From Firmicutes bacterium UBA2058 (GTDB taxonomy: Bacteria; Bacillota; Clostridia; Tissierellales; Sedimentibacteraceae), in the NCBI GenBank assembly GCA_002332905.1, contig DDAM01000012.1, positions 106 through 64,105 of the forward strand: 64,000 nucleotides of DNA, in the 5' to 3' direction. The notes beneath the pieces are model-generated. The model searched no databases and was not told the origin of the DNA. It was given only the letters and a program-made list of their open reading frames with translations. Below, in pieces: positions 19,821-28,807 of this stretch (its first letter is position 1; each line of letters starts with the position of its first letter). The translations under genes and the position numbers were made by a program.

Positions 19821-20498
19821 ATGCATATGATAGAATTTAAAAATATAAGCAAATATTATAAATACAAGAAAAACACTACAAAAGCACTAGATGATGTTAG
19901 TTTTGTTGTAAACAATAAAGATTTAGTATTGATTTCAGGTCCAAGTGGCTCGGGAAAAACAACATTATTAAATATAGTTGGGGGCTTATCAAAGCAAACT
20001 AGTGGAATGTATTTGTTTAATCAGGAAGCTATTGATGGTACAGATGATGATATGGCTAAATTTAGAGCAGAAAATATAGGTTTCATTTTACAACATTTTG
20101 CGTTAATTAATGATAGAGATGTTTTATACAATATAGGTCTTCCACTTCAATACAAGGGTTATAAAAAAAATGAAATAATGGAAAGGGTTAATGCGGTTGC
20201 AAATTCTCTAGGTATTTTCGATAAACTTAAACTATATCCTAATATGTTATCAGGTGGAGAATGTCAACGTGTAGCTATAGCAAGAGCAATAATTACAAAC
20301 CCAAAATTAATTTTAGCTGATGAACCAACAAGTTCATTGGATACTAGCAATAAAAATGAAGTACTTAATATATTAGGTAAATTAAACCAAAAAGGCATAA
20401 CTATATTAATCACATCCCATGACAATGATGTATCAAGTTTTTGCAATAAAAAGATATTTTTAAATAAAGGTAAAATTGCAGAAACAAACGAAGTTTAA
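19821..20498 (+). CDS. ABC transporter ATP-binding protein (LolD/MacB-like)
   Basis: GPSGSGKTT, LSGGECQRVAIARA, LADEPT. Confidence 0.95.
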   Translation: MHMIEFKNISKYYKYKKNTTKALDDVSFVVNNKDLVLISGPSGSGKTTLLNIVGGLSKQTSGMYLFNQEAIDGTDDDMAKFRAENIGFILQHFALINDRDVLYNIGLPLQYKGYKKNEIMERVNAVANSLGIFDKLKLYPNMLSGGECQRVAIARAIITNPKLILADEPTSSLDTSNKNEVLNILGKLNQKGITILITSHDNDVSSFCNKKIFLNKGKIAETNEV

Positions 20499-20539
20499 AT
20501 AAAATAAAAACGGTAGTGTATAATCTTTGTCCATGGTTT

Positions 20540-20760
20540 TCAAGCTTTTTAGAAAACATTTTCTCTTATGCTACTACTTTTTTTCTCGAAACTCTACAAA
20601 AAAACTACATGTTAGATGGTAGACTAAATATATGCAATAATAATACTAATCATTTATCTAAAAGCTTTGCTCTATTAGAAAGAACTTCTTGTTCTCAAAT
20701 ACACCTAGAGGAGCTGATGCAAGTGCGTAGTAATAAGTACGATAGAGACAGCAAGATATT
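20540..20760 (+). mobile_element. Degraded IS66-family transposase fragment
   Basis: Across frameshifts: YMLDGRLNICNN..., RKNFLFSNTPRGADASA, STIETAR, resembling IS66 TnpC C-terminal motifs (DGRLEIDNN, RKNWLF, SLIETAK). Confidence 0.7.
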
Positions 20761-20810
20761 ATATTTAAATATTACTGTAATATAAAGCTTTGTAAACTAG
20801 TAAAAAATAC

Positions 20811-20835
20811 AACGCTGAACCTAGATAGTTCAGCG
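20811..20835. terminator. Intrinsic terminator of mgtE (copy 2)
   Basis: CGCTGAAC-CTAGATA-GTTCAGCG with T-rich tail on minus strand. Confidence 0.8.
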
Positions 20836-20859
20836 CCCTTTTTATTTAATTGCTTTATC

Positions 20860-22188
20860 TTACAAATTAAAAGCTATTGTAGCAATTTGAAAATATATTA
20901 CTATTGAAAAAGTATCAACAATTGTAGTTATAATTGGTGCAGCCATTATTGCAGGATCAAGTCGAAATCTTTTTGCAGCTATAGGAAGCACACTACCTAC
21001 AATTTTTGAAATTATTATAGTACCTAAAAGAGAAAGCGATACAACAATTGACAATTTTATGTCTCTATACATTAACATTATTCTTAACCCATTAGCTAAT
21101 GATAATGCACCGCCTACAAGTAAAGAAACACGGAACTCTTTCCACATTATTTTAAAAGTGTCTGAAAAATTCAATTCCTCTACCGCTAATCCTCTAATTA
21201 CAAGGGTTGAACTTTGTGAACCACAATTACCACCAGTGTCCATTAGCATTGGAATAAAAGAAACCAAAAGAGGTACCACAGCAAAAGCACTCTCATACCT
21301 TGTTATTATTCCTGTAATTGTTGCAGAAAACATAAGAACAAGAAGCCAAACAATTCTGTTTTTAGCGTGTTTCCAAACAGATGTTTTCAGATATTGCTCA
21401 TCATTAGCTGTCATTGCGGCCATTTTTTGCATATCTTCAGTTGTTTCTTCTGTCAATACGTCAATGGCATCATCGAATGTTACAATTCCTACTATGCAAT
21501 TCTCCGAATCAACAACTGGTATTGCTATCAAATCATATTTTCTAAATAAATTTGCCACTTTTTCTTTATCATCGTTCGTATGAACTGAAATGTATTTTGT
21601 GTTAATTAAATCAGTTAATAATACACTTTCATCATTTATCATTAAATCCTTAGCAGTAACAATACCAATTAATTTTCTTTTATCAACCACATAGCATGTA
21701 TACACTGTTTCACTGTCTAAACCTATTTCTCTAATTTTATTTAAAGCCTGTCTAACAGTCATATTAGGTTTTAGTTTAATGAATTCTGATGTCATTACAC
21801 TTCCAACACTGTCCTGCGAATATCCTAACAAATGATTAATTGACTCTCTTGTTTCATGACTAACATTTTCAAGCAACTGTGTTACAACATTAGATGGCAT
21901 ATCATTCAAAAAATCTACTGCATCATCAGCAAACATTTCATTTATAATATTTCCTATTTCTTGTTTAGTAAAAGTCTTTATCAAGCTTTGACGTAAATCA
22001 TTATCCATATATGAAAATACCTCAGCTGCTTTCTGCTTATCTAACATTCTAAAAACTAATACTCTATCACTTTCATCAAGCTTAGAAAGTAATTCAGATA
22101 AATCCACAGAGTTATATTCTGATAAAACCTCATGTATTGATTTATATTTTTTTGTTTCAATTAGTGTTTGTAAAACTTTTATTGTCAT
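20860..22188 (-). CDS. mgtE: Magnesium transporter MgtE
   Basis: MgtE N domain, CBS pair (IPVVD, GIVTFDD), GGNCGSQS, LDPAIMAAP; AGGAGG RBS before ATG 22188. Confidence 0.95.
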   Translation of the reverse strand: MTIKVLQTLIETKKYKSIHEVLSEYNSVDLSELLSKLDESDRVLVFRMLDKQKAAEVFSYMDNDLRQSLIKTFTKQEIGNIINEMFADDAVDFLNDMPSNVVTQLLENVSHETRESINHLLGYSQDSVGSVMTSEFIKLKPNMTVRQALNKIREIGLDSETVYTCYVVDKRKLIGIVTAKDLMINDESVLLTDLINTKYISVHTNDDKEKVANLFRKYDLIAIPVVDSENCIVGIVTFDDAIDVLTEETTEDMQKMAAMTANDEQYLKTSVWKHAKNRIVWLLVLMFSATITGIITRYESAFAVVPLLVSFIPMLMDTGGNCGSQSSTLVIRGLAVEELNFSDTFKIMWKEFRVSLLVGGALSLANGLRIMLMYRDIKLSIVVSLSLLGTIIISKIVGSVLPIAAKRFRLDPAIMAAPIITTIVDTFSIVIYFQIATIAFNL

Positions 22189-22209
22189 AATAATCCCTCC
22201 TTTTGACAT

Positions 22210-22240
22210 AAAAAAACTGCCATACACTGGTACGACAGTT
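22210..22240 (-). terminator. Attenuator terminator in mgtE leader
   Basis: AACUGUCGUAC-CAGU-GUAUGGCAGUU followed by U-run, just upstream of mgtE RBS. Confidence 0.8.
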
Positions 22241-22259
22241 AGCATGCACAAAAAGAGCA

Positions 22260-22367
22260 TTATTTAATAGCTATAAATAATACATGTGAATATGAATAGT
22301 CGTATCCAGTTATGTTTATTTGTTTTATTTTTGTTAATTTATAAATCTGCCAATCACTACTATCCAT
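22260..22367 (-). CDS. Putative mgtE leader peptide, 35 aa (MDSSDWQIYKLTKIKQINITGYDYSYSHVLFIAIK)
   Basis: GAGGTG RBS, open frame, contains the antiterminator segment. Confidence 0.6.
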   Translation of the reverse strand: MDSSDWQIYKLTKIKQINITGYDYSYSHVLFIAIK

Positions 22368-22398
22368 AACATTCACCTCTACTTACAATCTTATTAAT

Positions 22399-22427
22399 AT
22401 TTTAACATATATTTTACATGATAGCAA
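22399..22427 (-). promoter_or_regulatory. sigmaA promoter of leader-mgtE transcript
   Basis: TTGCTA-17 nt-TAAAAT with TG extension. Confidence 0.65.
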
Positions 22428-22451
22428 TCTATTTATCGAAAAAATGTTCTG

Positions 22452-23243
22452 CTATAATATAAATGCACCATATTTTGTTGAGCCTCTAGATCCACCACCA
22501 TAAAACTCTTTAAATCCAAGATTCTCAAGCTCCTTAGAAAACATTCTTTCTTTTGCTACTACTCTTTTTCTCGCTACTCTTAACGCTTCCGCTAATATAG
22601 TATCTGTTATATAAGAATGTTCTGCAAAAGGTCTTAGCGAGTTCATAAATGCTGACTTCATATTAGGTGTTTTAAACATAGGATCAAAATATACCACATC
22701 AAAGCTATTATCGTCTAATGACTTTAAATAATCATTGTAATTAGCATTAATAACCTCTATCCTTTTCATTATGGACTTCATATCATCTGTAGCTTCAGCA
22801 TAGTTTTGTAGTCCATCCTGAGTTAAATATGCTATATATTTATTAGCCTCTGTTCCGATTACTCTTCCACTCTCTCCTATAAACGCTGATACAACTAAAG
22901 CATCTGCTGCAAAGCCTAAAGTACAATCAAGAACACTATCTCCTGATTTCAAATCCATAGCCTTGATAATAGGATCTACATCACCATTTTGCAAGGCTTT
23001 AATTTTTAAATATGACATGTTTGGATGCCAAAACAAATTATCCTTTCCATCTGTTAAAACTAATTTATCTTTTTTAACTACTAAAAGATGGGTACAATCA
23101 TTTTTAATAAGCATTTGTAGAATACTATTATTTTTTCTTTCTATATATGATAATCCAAGTTTTTCTTGAATTTCACCAACTTTAATCAACTGATTATTAG
23201 AAGGTCCCTTCGTAGTTGTTACTTTTATAGTTTTTATTAACAT
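22452..23243 (-). CDS. Class I SAM methyltransferase (RsmJ-like)
   Basis: VLDCTLGFAADA, DVVYFDPMF. Confidence 0.85.
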   Translation of the reverse strand: MLIKTIKVTTTKGPSNNQLIKVGEIQEKLGLSYIERKNNSILQMLIKNDCTHLLVVKKDKLVLTDGKDNLFWHPNMSYLKIKALQNGDVDPIIKAMDLKSGDSVLDCTLGFAADALVVSAFIGESGRVIGTEANKYIAYLTQDGLQNYAEATDDMKSIMKRIEVINANYNDYLKSLDDNSFDVVYFDPMFKTPNMKSAFMNSLRPFAEHSYITDTILAEALRVARKRVVAKERMFSKELENLGFKEFYGGGSRGSTKYGAFIL

Positions 23244-23315
23244 TTAATATCTCCAAAGAATTTAAAAGGAGTTTAGATAATGTATAAACTCCTTTTAGTA
23301 TTAAAATCGTTTAAT

Positions 23316-23656
23316 TTAGTTACATGATTTTATTTTTAAGGATGAGGTTTTCGGCTTAATTGATATACCATTCCAAATATTAGGCATCCCAATATCTTCA
23401 GGCTTAACATTTTGATAACTTCCATCTATACTCTTTATGCTTATATTAGCATTTTCATCAATAGTAACTATAGCATGAAGTGCATCCTCATACAGTACCT
23501 CTGTTCATAAAGTCATTGCTTTGATGAGAGAAAACAGCTTCTTTCATAAATGAGTCAAACAGTTCATTTAGACGTCTTTCGGAATCATAAATAATATCAT
23601 AGTGCAAAACAGTAAATACAGCAAATTTCATAAAATTCTTCCAGTTCAACCTATCA
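23316..23656 (-). pseudogene. Frameshifted 3' gene fragment (possibly a phosphoesterase tail)
   Basis: Protein-like text YEDALHAIVTIDENANISIKS...WNGISIKP after a frameshift; no start or RBS. Confidence 0.35.
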
Positions 23657-24352
23657 TTATATATAATAAAATTTTTTCTTTGTTCTAATAGCCTCTTTCC
23701 ATTTATAACAATCATTAATATGCATCAATAAATGTCTAGTTGGCGGCATTAACAATAACCCAGCGTAATCCTTACCTCCCCAATAGTCCAATAACCAAAT
23801 AGAATCCTTATGTTCTGTAAGTCCACCTTCATCAATCACCTGATTAAGTCTTTCTTGTGGAATCTTCTTTTTCATATCTTCAGGTTTTAGATTTTTAACT
23901 ATTTCTTGTGTTCTTAGTCCTACTGTATCTCTATATTTTAGCAATTCTTCTATGTATATATCTTTACTAAGTTTCATTATCTCATCATCTGTCATTGCAT
24001 TTCCAGTATCACTAATACTTACATTCATTCTAGCTTTCCATTCATTATTAAATACTTGCTTTTCATTTGCTATTAAAATATTCATAGTTAAGTCTTCAAT
24101 TCTTGCTATATGCCACATAGCCCATGCCATAGTTTCATCAGTTCTATTAGGCATAATTTTGTATTCATTATCCTTTAAATCATCTATCAATGGATTGATA
24201 TAATTAGATTTATTATGTGAAACAGCATAACTGTGTAATTGAGAATGTATATTCAAAAACAACTCCACAGCCTCATCAAAGTTATCTCTCTTTCTAATAA
24301 TACTTCCAAGCTCTTTATGCTGTTCACTCCATTCGCCACTTATATATTTCAA
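23657..24352 (-). CDS. DinB/YfiT-like protein
   Basis: AWAMWHIARIED ... TRHLLMHIND His triad. Confidence 0.8.
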   Translation of the reverse strand: MKYISGEWSEQHKELGSIIRKRDNFDEAVELFLNIHSQLHSYAVSHNKSNYINPLIDDLKDNEYKIMPNRTDETMAWAMWHIARIEDLTMNILIANEKQVFNNEWKARMNVSISDTGNAMTDDEIMKLSKDIYIEELLKYRDTVGLRTQEIVKNLKPEDMKKKIPQERLNQVIDEGGLTEHKDSIWLLDYWGGKDYAGLLLMPPTRHLLMHINDCYKWKEAIRTKKKFYYI

Positions 24353-24397
24353 TTTCTCACCCCCATTTCTGGATACTTAATGTGTTTTAAATTATAA

Positions 24398-25405
24398 TTA
24401 GTTTATCTTCATTCTTAAATCTTCTTTAAAGCTTTTACGTGATGGGTTTCCTTCTACTCTCCAAATTTGCTTTCTTTTTAAATCATAAATTACTGACCAA
24501 ACAGTATCTGCATTTGTTTTTCTATTATATTGGCACATAAAACCGTATTTTCCTGATAAAATATCATCAGCAAGCTTGACAGAATAACTGTTCTTATTAT
24601 TTTTCAGTGCATTATATGCTGTAAAATAGCGTTCATCAGACCTCCAATCATCTATATCAGGATTGCGATACTGTTTCATATCCATAGAATTGAAGTTATT
24701 TGCTGTTGCAACAAAGTGCTCTTTTGGTTCTGGTCTAATCACTACAATATTCTCAGGGTTACATTCTACTACTGCAATATCACCATTTAAATCGGTCAGG
24801 GTAATTGTCTGCGCAGATGCTATTGGAAGGCGGTGTAATTCTTTTATAGCATCTTCTGTTGTTTTACATTTTTCAAGCAAGTATCTAATAAGCATGCCAG
24901 CATTAAACCCCGGTTTTCTTAGTTTTGGGTATATAAAGGTTAATCCTGTAGAAAATCCGTGCTCATTAACTCCATCCTCCATCTGCACATAAGCAGTAGT
25001 GTTTGCATTGAAGGAATAACTGCCGTTAAGATGGTAAATACAGTTCATATATAATTTTTCAAGACTTACTAAAAAGTCACTGTTTCTGCCAAAGATGATT
25101 TCATCTTTAGTGCTTATAGCAAAGCAGGTACATTTGTTATCAAATTCAAAACAGTACATTGAAAACAACATGGCTTGAAGTGTTTCTACCGGAACTTTAT
25201 TTCCTTCAGCGATACCTCTAATTTCATCTAAAATCTCAGGAAAATATTTTTCATATTCCTCTAAGCATTGACTAGCAAATTCATATTTTTCTTCTGTTAA
25301 TTCAAAAGTATGACAAAAATCAAGTTTTTTTTCATGATTAGACAATAACTGACCCCATTTGTAACCTACCTCATAGTGTGTTCCTTTAAATCTTCCGTGA
25401 TACAT
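24398..25405 (-). CDS. Peptidase C45 (Ntn-hydrolase, acyl-CoA:6-APA acyltransferase-like)
   Basis: GTHYEVG, K-CTCFA autoprocessing Cys, GRNSD, DGVNEHG. Confidence 0.88.
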   Translation of the reverse strand: MYHGRFKGTHYEVGYKWGQLLSNHEKKLDFCHTFELTEEKYEFASQCLEEYEKYFPEILDEIRGIAEGNKVPVETLQAMLFSMYCFEFDNKCTCFAISTKDEIIFGRNSDFLVSLEKLYMNCIYHLNGSYSFNANTTAYVQMEDGVNEHGFSTGLTFIYPKLRKPGFNAGMLIRYLLEKCKTTEDAIKELHRLPIASAQTITLTDLNGDIAVVECNPENIVVIRPEPKEHFVATANNFNSMDMKQYRNPDIDDWRSDERYFTAYNALKNNKNSYSVKLADDILSGKYGFMCQYNRKTNADTVWSVIYDLKRKQIWRVEGNPSRKSFKEDLRMKIN

Positions 25406-25580
25406 AATTTCACTCCTAAAATTTTATTTAAGAGCTAGCGCTATCTCTTTTACAATAAGCTTAATTGAATAAAAATTTTATGTCAAGAACTATATTAATA
25501 TTGTTTAAAAACAATATAATATTGTTTTAAAAAACAATATTAGCATTTATTTATCGCAATTATTTATTCATTTTATACAA

Positions 25581-26535
25581 TCAAAACTCCTTTTTTAAAC
25601 TTCTAGTAAATAAGTTATTCAGTACCTCTTTTGAATTTTTGTTATTATAAAGTATATCATATACTGCATTGCATATTGGCAACTCAACGTCATAATTTTC
25701 CTCTAATCTAAGCAATGCCTTTACTGTATTGTCCTTCTGCTAATTTTTCATATTTTACACCTTGAACAAACATTTCTCCATATTTTCTGTTATGACTAAA
25801 TTCTGAAAATATAGTCGCCTCATAATCTCCAAGATGGCATAAGCCATATGCAGATAACTCATTTCCTCCCATAGCAGTAATTAATCGTGCAATCTCTCTT
25901 GTACCTCTTGACATTAGAGCACCTTTTAAGGTTGATAATTTTAATCCATCTAACATACCCGCTGCTATTCCAATAACATTCTTAGCAGCTGCTCCTATTT
26001 CATTGCCAATTAAATCTTGTCCATAATAGAATCTAATTAGTTCACTTGAAAATTCATTTACTAGCTTTTCTTTTACTAAATCATTTTCACTATCTATAAC
26101 CATACAATTAGGAATTCCACAATAAAATTCCTGTACATGACCTGGCCCTAACCATACTGCAACAGAATTTGAATCATCTAAATTCTCCTTAACAATCTGA
26201 GATAATCTACGTCCTGTAGAAATTTCAATTCCCTTCATGCACAGTACTATTATTTTATCCATTAAATTAAGACTTTTAAGTTCCTCCATTAGAGATTGAA
26301 GCCCTTGTGAATTAATTGAAATAACAATTATATCTGATTTTATAATACATTCAACGTTAGTTGATAACTTTAAAGTATTAGTTAAATCTATAAACTCATT
26401 TTTCCTATCTGCTATAAGCTTACTCATATGAACAGAATTTTCTCGTCCATATAATATTACTTTATGATTTATTTTATCTAAATACCAAGCAATAAATGAA
26501 CCCCATCGTCCACATCCAATTACTGTAATATTCAT
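25581..26535 (-). pseudogene. gpsA: NAD(P)H-dependent glycerol-3-phosphate dehydrogenase, frameshifted near 3' end
   Basis: GCGRWG, KGIE, AAKNVIGI, GDYEAT; C-terminus TVKALL...ELPICNAVY...LKKEF* continues in another frame after about 25730. Confidence 0.8.
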
Positions 26536-26568
26536 TAAGTTTCTCCTTATACTAATATTTTTGTTTAT

Positions 26569-27465
26569 CTAAGCATGTGATAACAGAGGAAACATCACTT
26601 TATGTTTAGCGAATATGTTTTCTTTGCTTTCAAGTATAAATAATGTAGAATCATCCTCATCAATGGTTTTAACTATACAACCGTTCGTATCTTTAGGTGT
26701 AAATCCAAATATAATATTTTTACAATTTTCATCAGCAGAGGCTGCTATAATCTCGTCCATTGATTTATCTTCATCACAAAAAATATCATAACAAGTCATC
26801 GTTTCATCATCAAAATTCGCAATTACAATTGCGTCTATATTCTCTAAATAATAAATACAATCATTCATAAAGGATGAACAATAAAACATCAAAAGTCCGT
26901 AATTATTTAACATAGGCAACATAGAAAATGGATTTGATTTTTCATAATAGCTTTTAAGTAGCTTTTTATCATAATCATCTGTCATATCTAGCCTTCTTAT
27001 ATTACCTATTGTAGAAACAATTTTCTTACTACATTGATATTCTGTTTCCTTTTTAAATCCAAATTTAGGATAAAAGTCAAGCACTGAATCATTTGCATAT
27101 AAATAAATAGCATCACTTTTATCTTTCCAATCATGCAAAATTTTCTCCATAAGCTTACGAGAAAGACCTCTATTTCTATACTCACAATCAGTCATTACAG
27201 TACCAATCTGAATATATCTTTTTGATTGCCCTTCTATTTCTATATCAATAATATTAACAGATATATTTGCTACAACTTTATCATTATGTATTAATACATG
27301 AGGAATGTACGCATCTTGCCAATATCCATCTTGATACCATTTTTCAAATGATATACCAAATGTTTTTTGAGATAATCTATTAAAGCTTAAACGAATATTT
27401 GCATTCTCTTTAACCTCTGTATTATAGGTATATTCAATACCATCTATATTCCATTTTATGTTCAT
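26569..27465 (-). CDS. GNAT acetyltransferase
   Basis: QIGTVMTDCEYRNRGLS, FYPKFGF. Confidence 0.9.
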   Translation of the reverse strand: MNIKWNIDGIEYTYNTEVKENANIRLSFNRLSQKTFGISFEKWYQDGYWQDAYIPHVLIHNDKVVANISVNIIDIEIEGQSKRYIQIGTVMTDCEYRNRGLSRKLMEKILHDWKDKSDAIYLYANDSVLDFYPKFGFKKETEYQCSKKIVSTIGNIRRLDMTDDYDKKLLKSYYEKSNPFSMLPMLNNYGLLMFYCSSFMNDCIYYLENIDAIVIANFDDETMTCYDIFCDEDKSMDEIIAASADENCKNIIFGFTPKDTNGCIVKTIDEDDSTLFILESKENIFAKHKVMFPLLSHA

Positions 27466-28022
27466 AGTTTAAACCTTTCTTTAATTATTTTTGCAGCTTC
27501 AGCTGGCTCCATAGATGTATTATTTATTTTTATATAATTTTCTTTGTCAAGCTCACCTTCGTAAGAATTTAATCTATATTTATCCTCAAGTTTTATAAAA
27601 AGCTGTTCTGATTTTTCAAGATTTCTCTTAGTAGGCTTATTTAAAAGCCTATTTTCAGTTTTATTACGTCCAATTCTAATATCATAATCAGCTTCTAGCT
27701 CCACATAGTAAATCTCGGAGTTTCTCAATTTAAAAATATTTTCTAAATAATTTATATAATCCCAATCATTCTGACTATCAAGTGCCCACATATATGTAAA
27801 TATCATTCCATATTCATTACTCTTTGAATAAGCATCAAATATTTCGTGCCTGAATAATTCTATAAGTCTTCGCCTTTCATCAGGAATATTAGCAAATAAA
27901 TCTGATACTATATCAATAGTCATATGATTATGGAATAGCTTTAAATCTGTAATTTTAGCAAGCTCTTGACCAACTGTCATCTTGCCTACTGCATGAGGTC
28001 CAAAAATAACTACTAACTTCAT
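27462..28022 (-). CDS. P-loop kinase (shikimate-kinase-like AAA family)
   Basis: IFGPHAVGKMTVG, LFHNH. Confidence 0.85.
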   Translation of the reverse strand: MKLVVIFGPHAVGKMTVGQELAKITDLKLFHNHMTIDIVSDLFANIPDERRRLIELFRHEIFDAYSKSNEYGMIFTYMWALDSQNDWDYINYLENIFKLRNSEIYYVELEADYDIRIGRNKTENRLLNKPTKRNLEKSEQLFIKLEDKYRLNSYEGELDKENYIKINNTSMEPAEAAKIIKERFKL

Positions 28023-28057
28023 AACTCCTCCACAAAATTTTTTTAATCTCTATATAA

Positions 28058-28483
28058 TTAATTATTTTTATAATGTTGTACAATAAATTTAAGCAACGGA
28101 GTTCTAATTGGCGGACTTAAATCCATAGGTATATTATTGTAATGAAACCATTTTAAATCATCGACTTCTTCTTCCTGTGCAATTAACTCACCGTAAAAAT
28201 CATCACTAGTGTAAACAATATCTATAATATCAACCTCATTGCCATCAGGATAAATATGATGTAGTTCTGGTCCAGAAAATACTCCAAACAAATTCATAGA
28301 GTTAACTAATAATCCCGTTTCTTCGTATATCTCTCTTTTGGCAGCATCTTCAACTATTTCTCCTACCTCTATCTTTCCACCAGGATACCCCCAGCATTTA
28401 TTATCTTTTCTTTGTTGCAATAATATTTTTTCATCCTTAAAAATTATAATACTCGCTCCACACAATTGAGTTGTTTTTCCCAT
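28058..28483 (-). CDS. NUDIX hydrolase
   Basis: PGGKIEVGEIVEDAAKREIYEETGL. Confidence 0.92.
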   Translation of the reverse strand: MGKTTQLCGASIIIFKDEKILLQQRKDNKCWGYPGGKIEVGEIVEDAAKREIYEETGLLVNSMNLFGVFSGPELHHIYPDGNEVDIIDIVYTSDDFYGELIAQEEEVDDLKWFHYNNIPMDLSPPIRTPLLKFIVQHYKNN

Positions 28484-28658
28484 TTTAACACGCTCCTTAA
28501 ATCTATAATTTTTATTATATAATTATTTCCTATTAAATACTACACATAATTTGTATACTAAACTTAACTTTATTCTATCTTTATTATATTTAACATGTTT
28601 ATAATTAAATAATAATGGTATATTTATTATGTAATTAACAAAATTAATGGAGGATACA

Positions 28659-28805
28659 ATGATAAAAATTTGTGAAAATTGTTCATGTGTAATAATAGAT
28701 AGATTAAAAGAATTAGTCGGTAAAGAAAATGTTCAGGTTGGCTGTGTTGGTAGCTGCGTTATGAATTCTAAGTTTTTAAAGGTTAACTGTTGTTATTGTG
28801 TCTAA
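28659..28805 (+). CDS. Small Cys-rich protein (48 aa; DUF1450/YuzB-like), not in ORF track
   Basis: GGAGG RBS; MIKICENCSC...VQVGCVGSC...CCYCV. Confidence 0.55.
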   Translation: MIKICENCSCVIIDRLKELVGKENVQVGCVGSCVMNSKFLKVNCCYCV

Positions 28806-28807
28806 GT

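Noticed and set aside
20516..20785. 89-aa plus-strand ORF as a real gene
   Set aside because: No RBS; it partly reads through a frameshifted IS66 remnant
22189..22260. Extended mgtE N-terminus (start 22260)
   Set aside because: The extension runs through the terminator hairpin; the AGGAGG RBS supports ATG 22188
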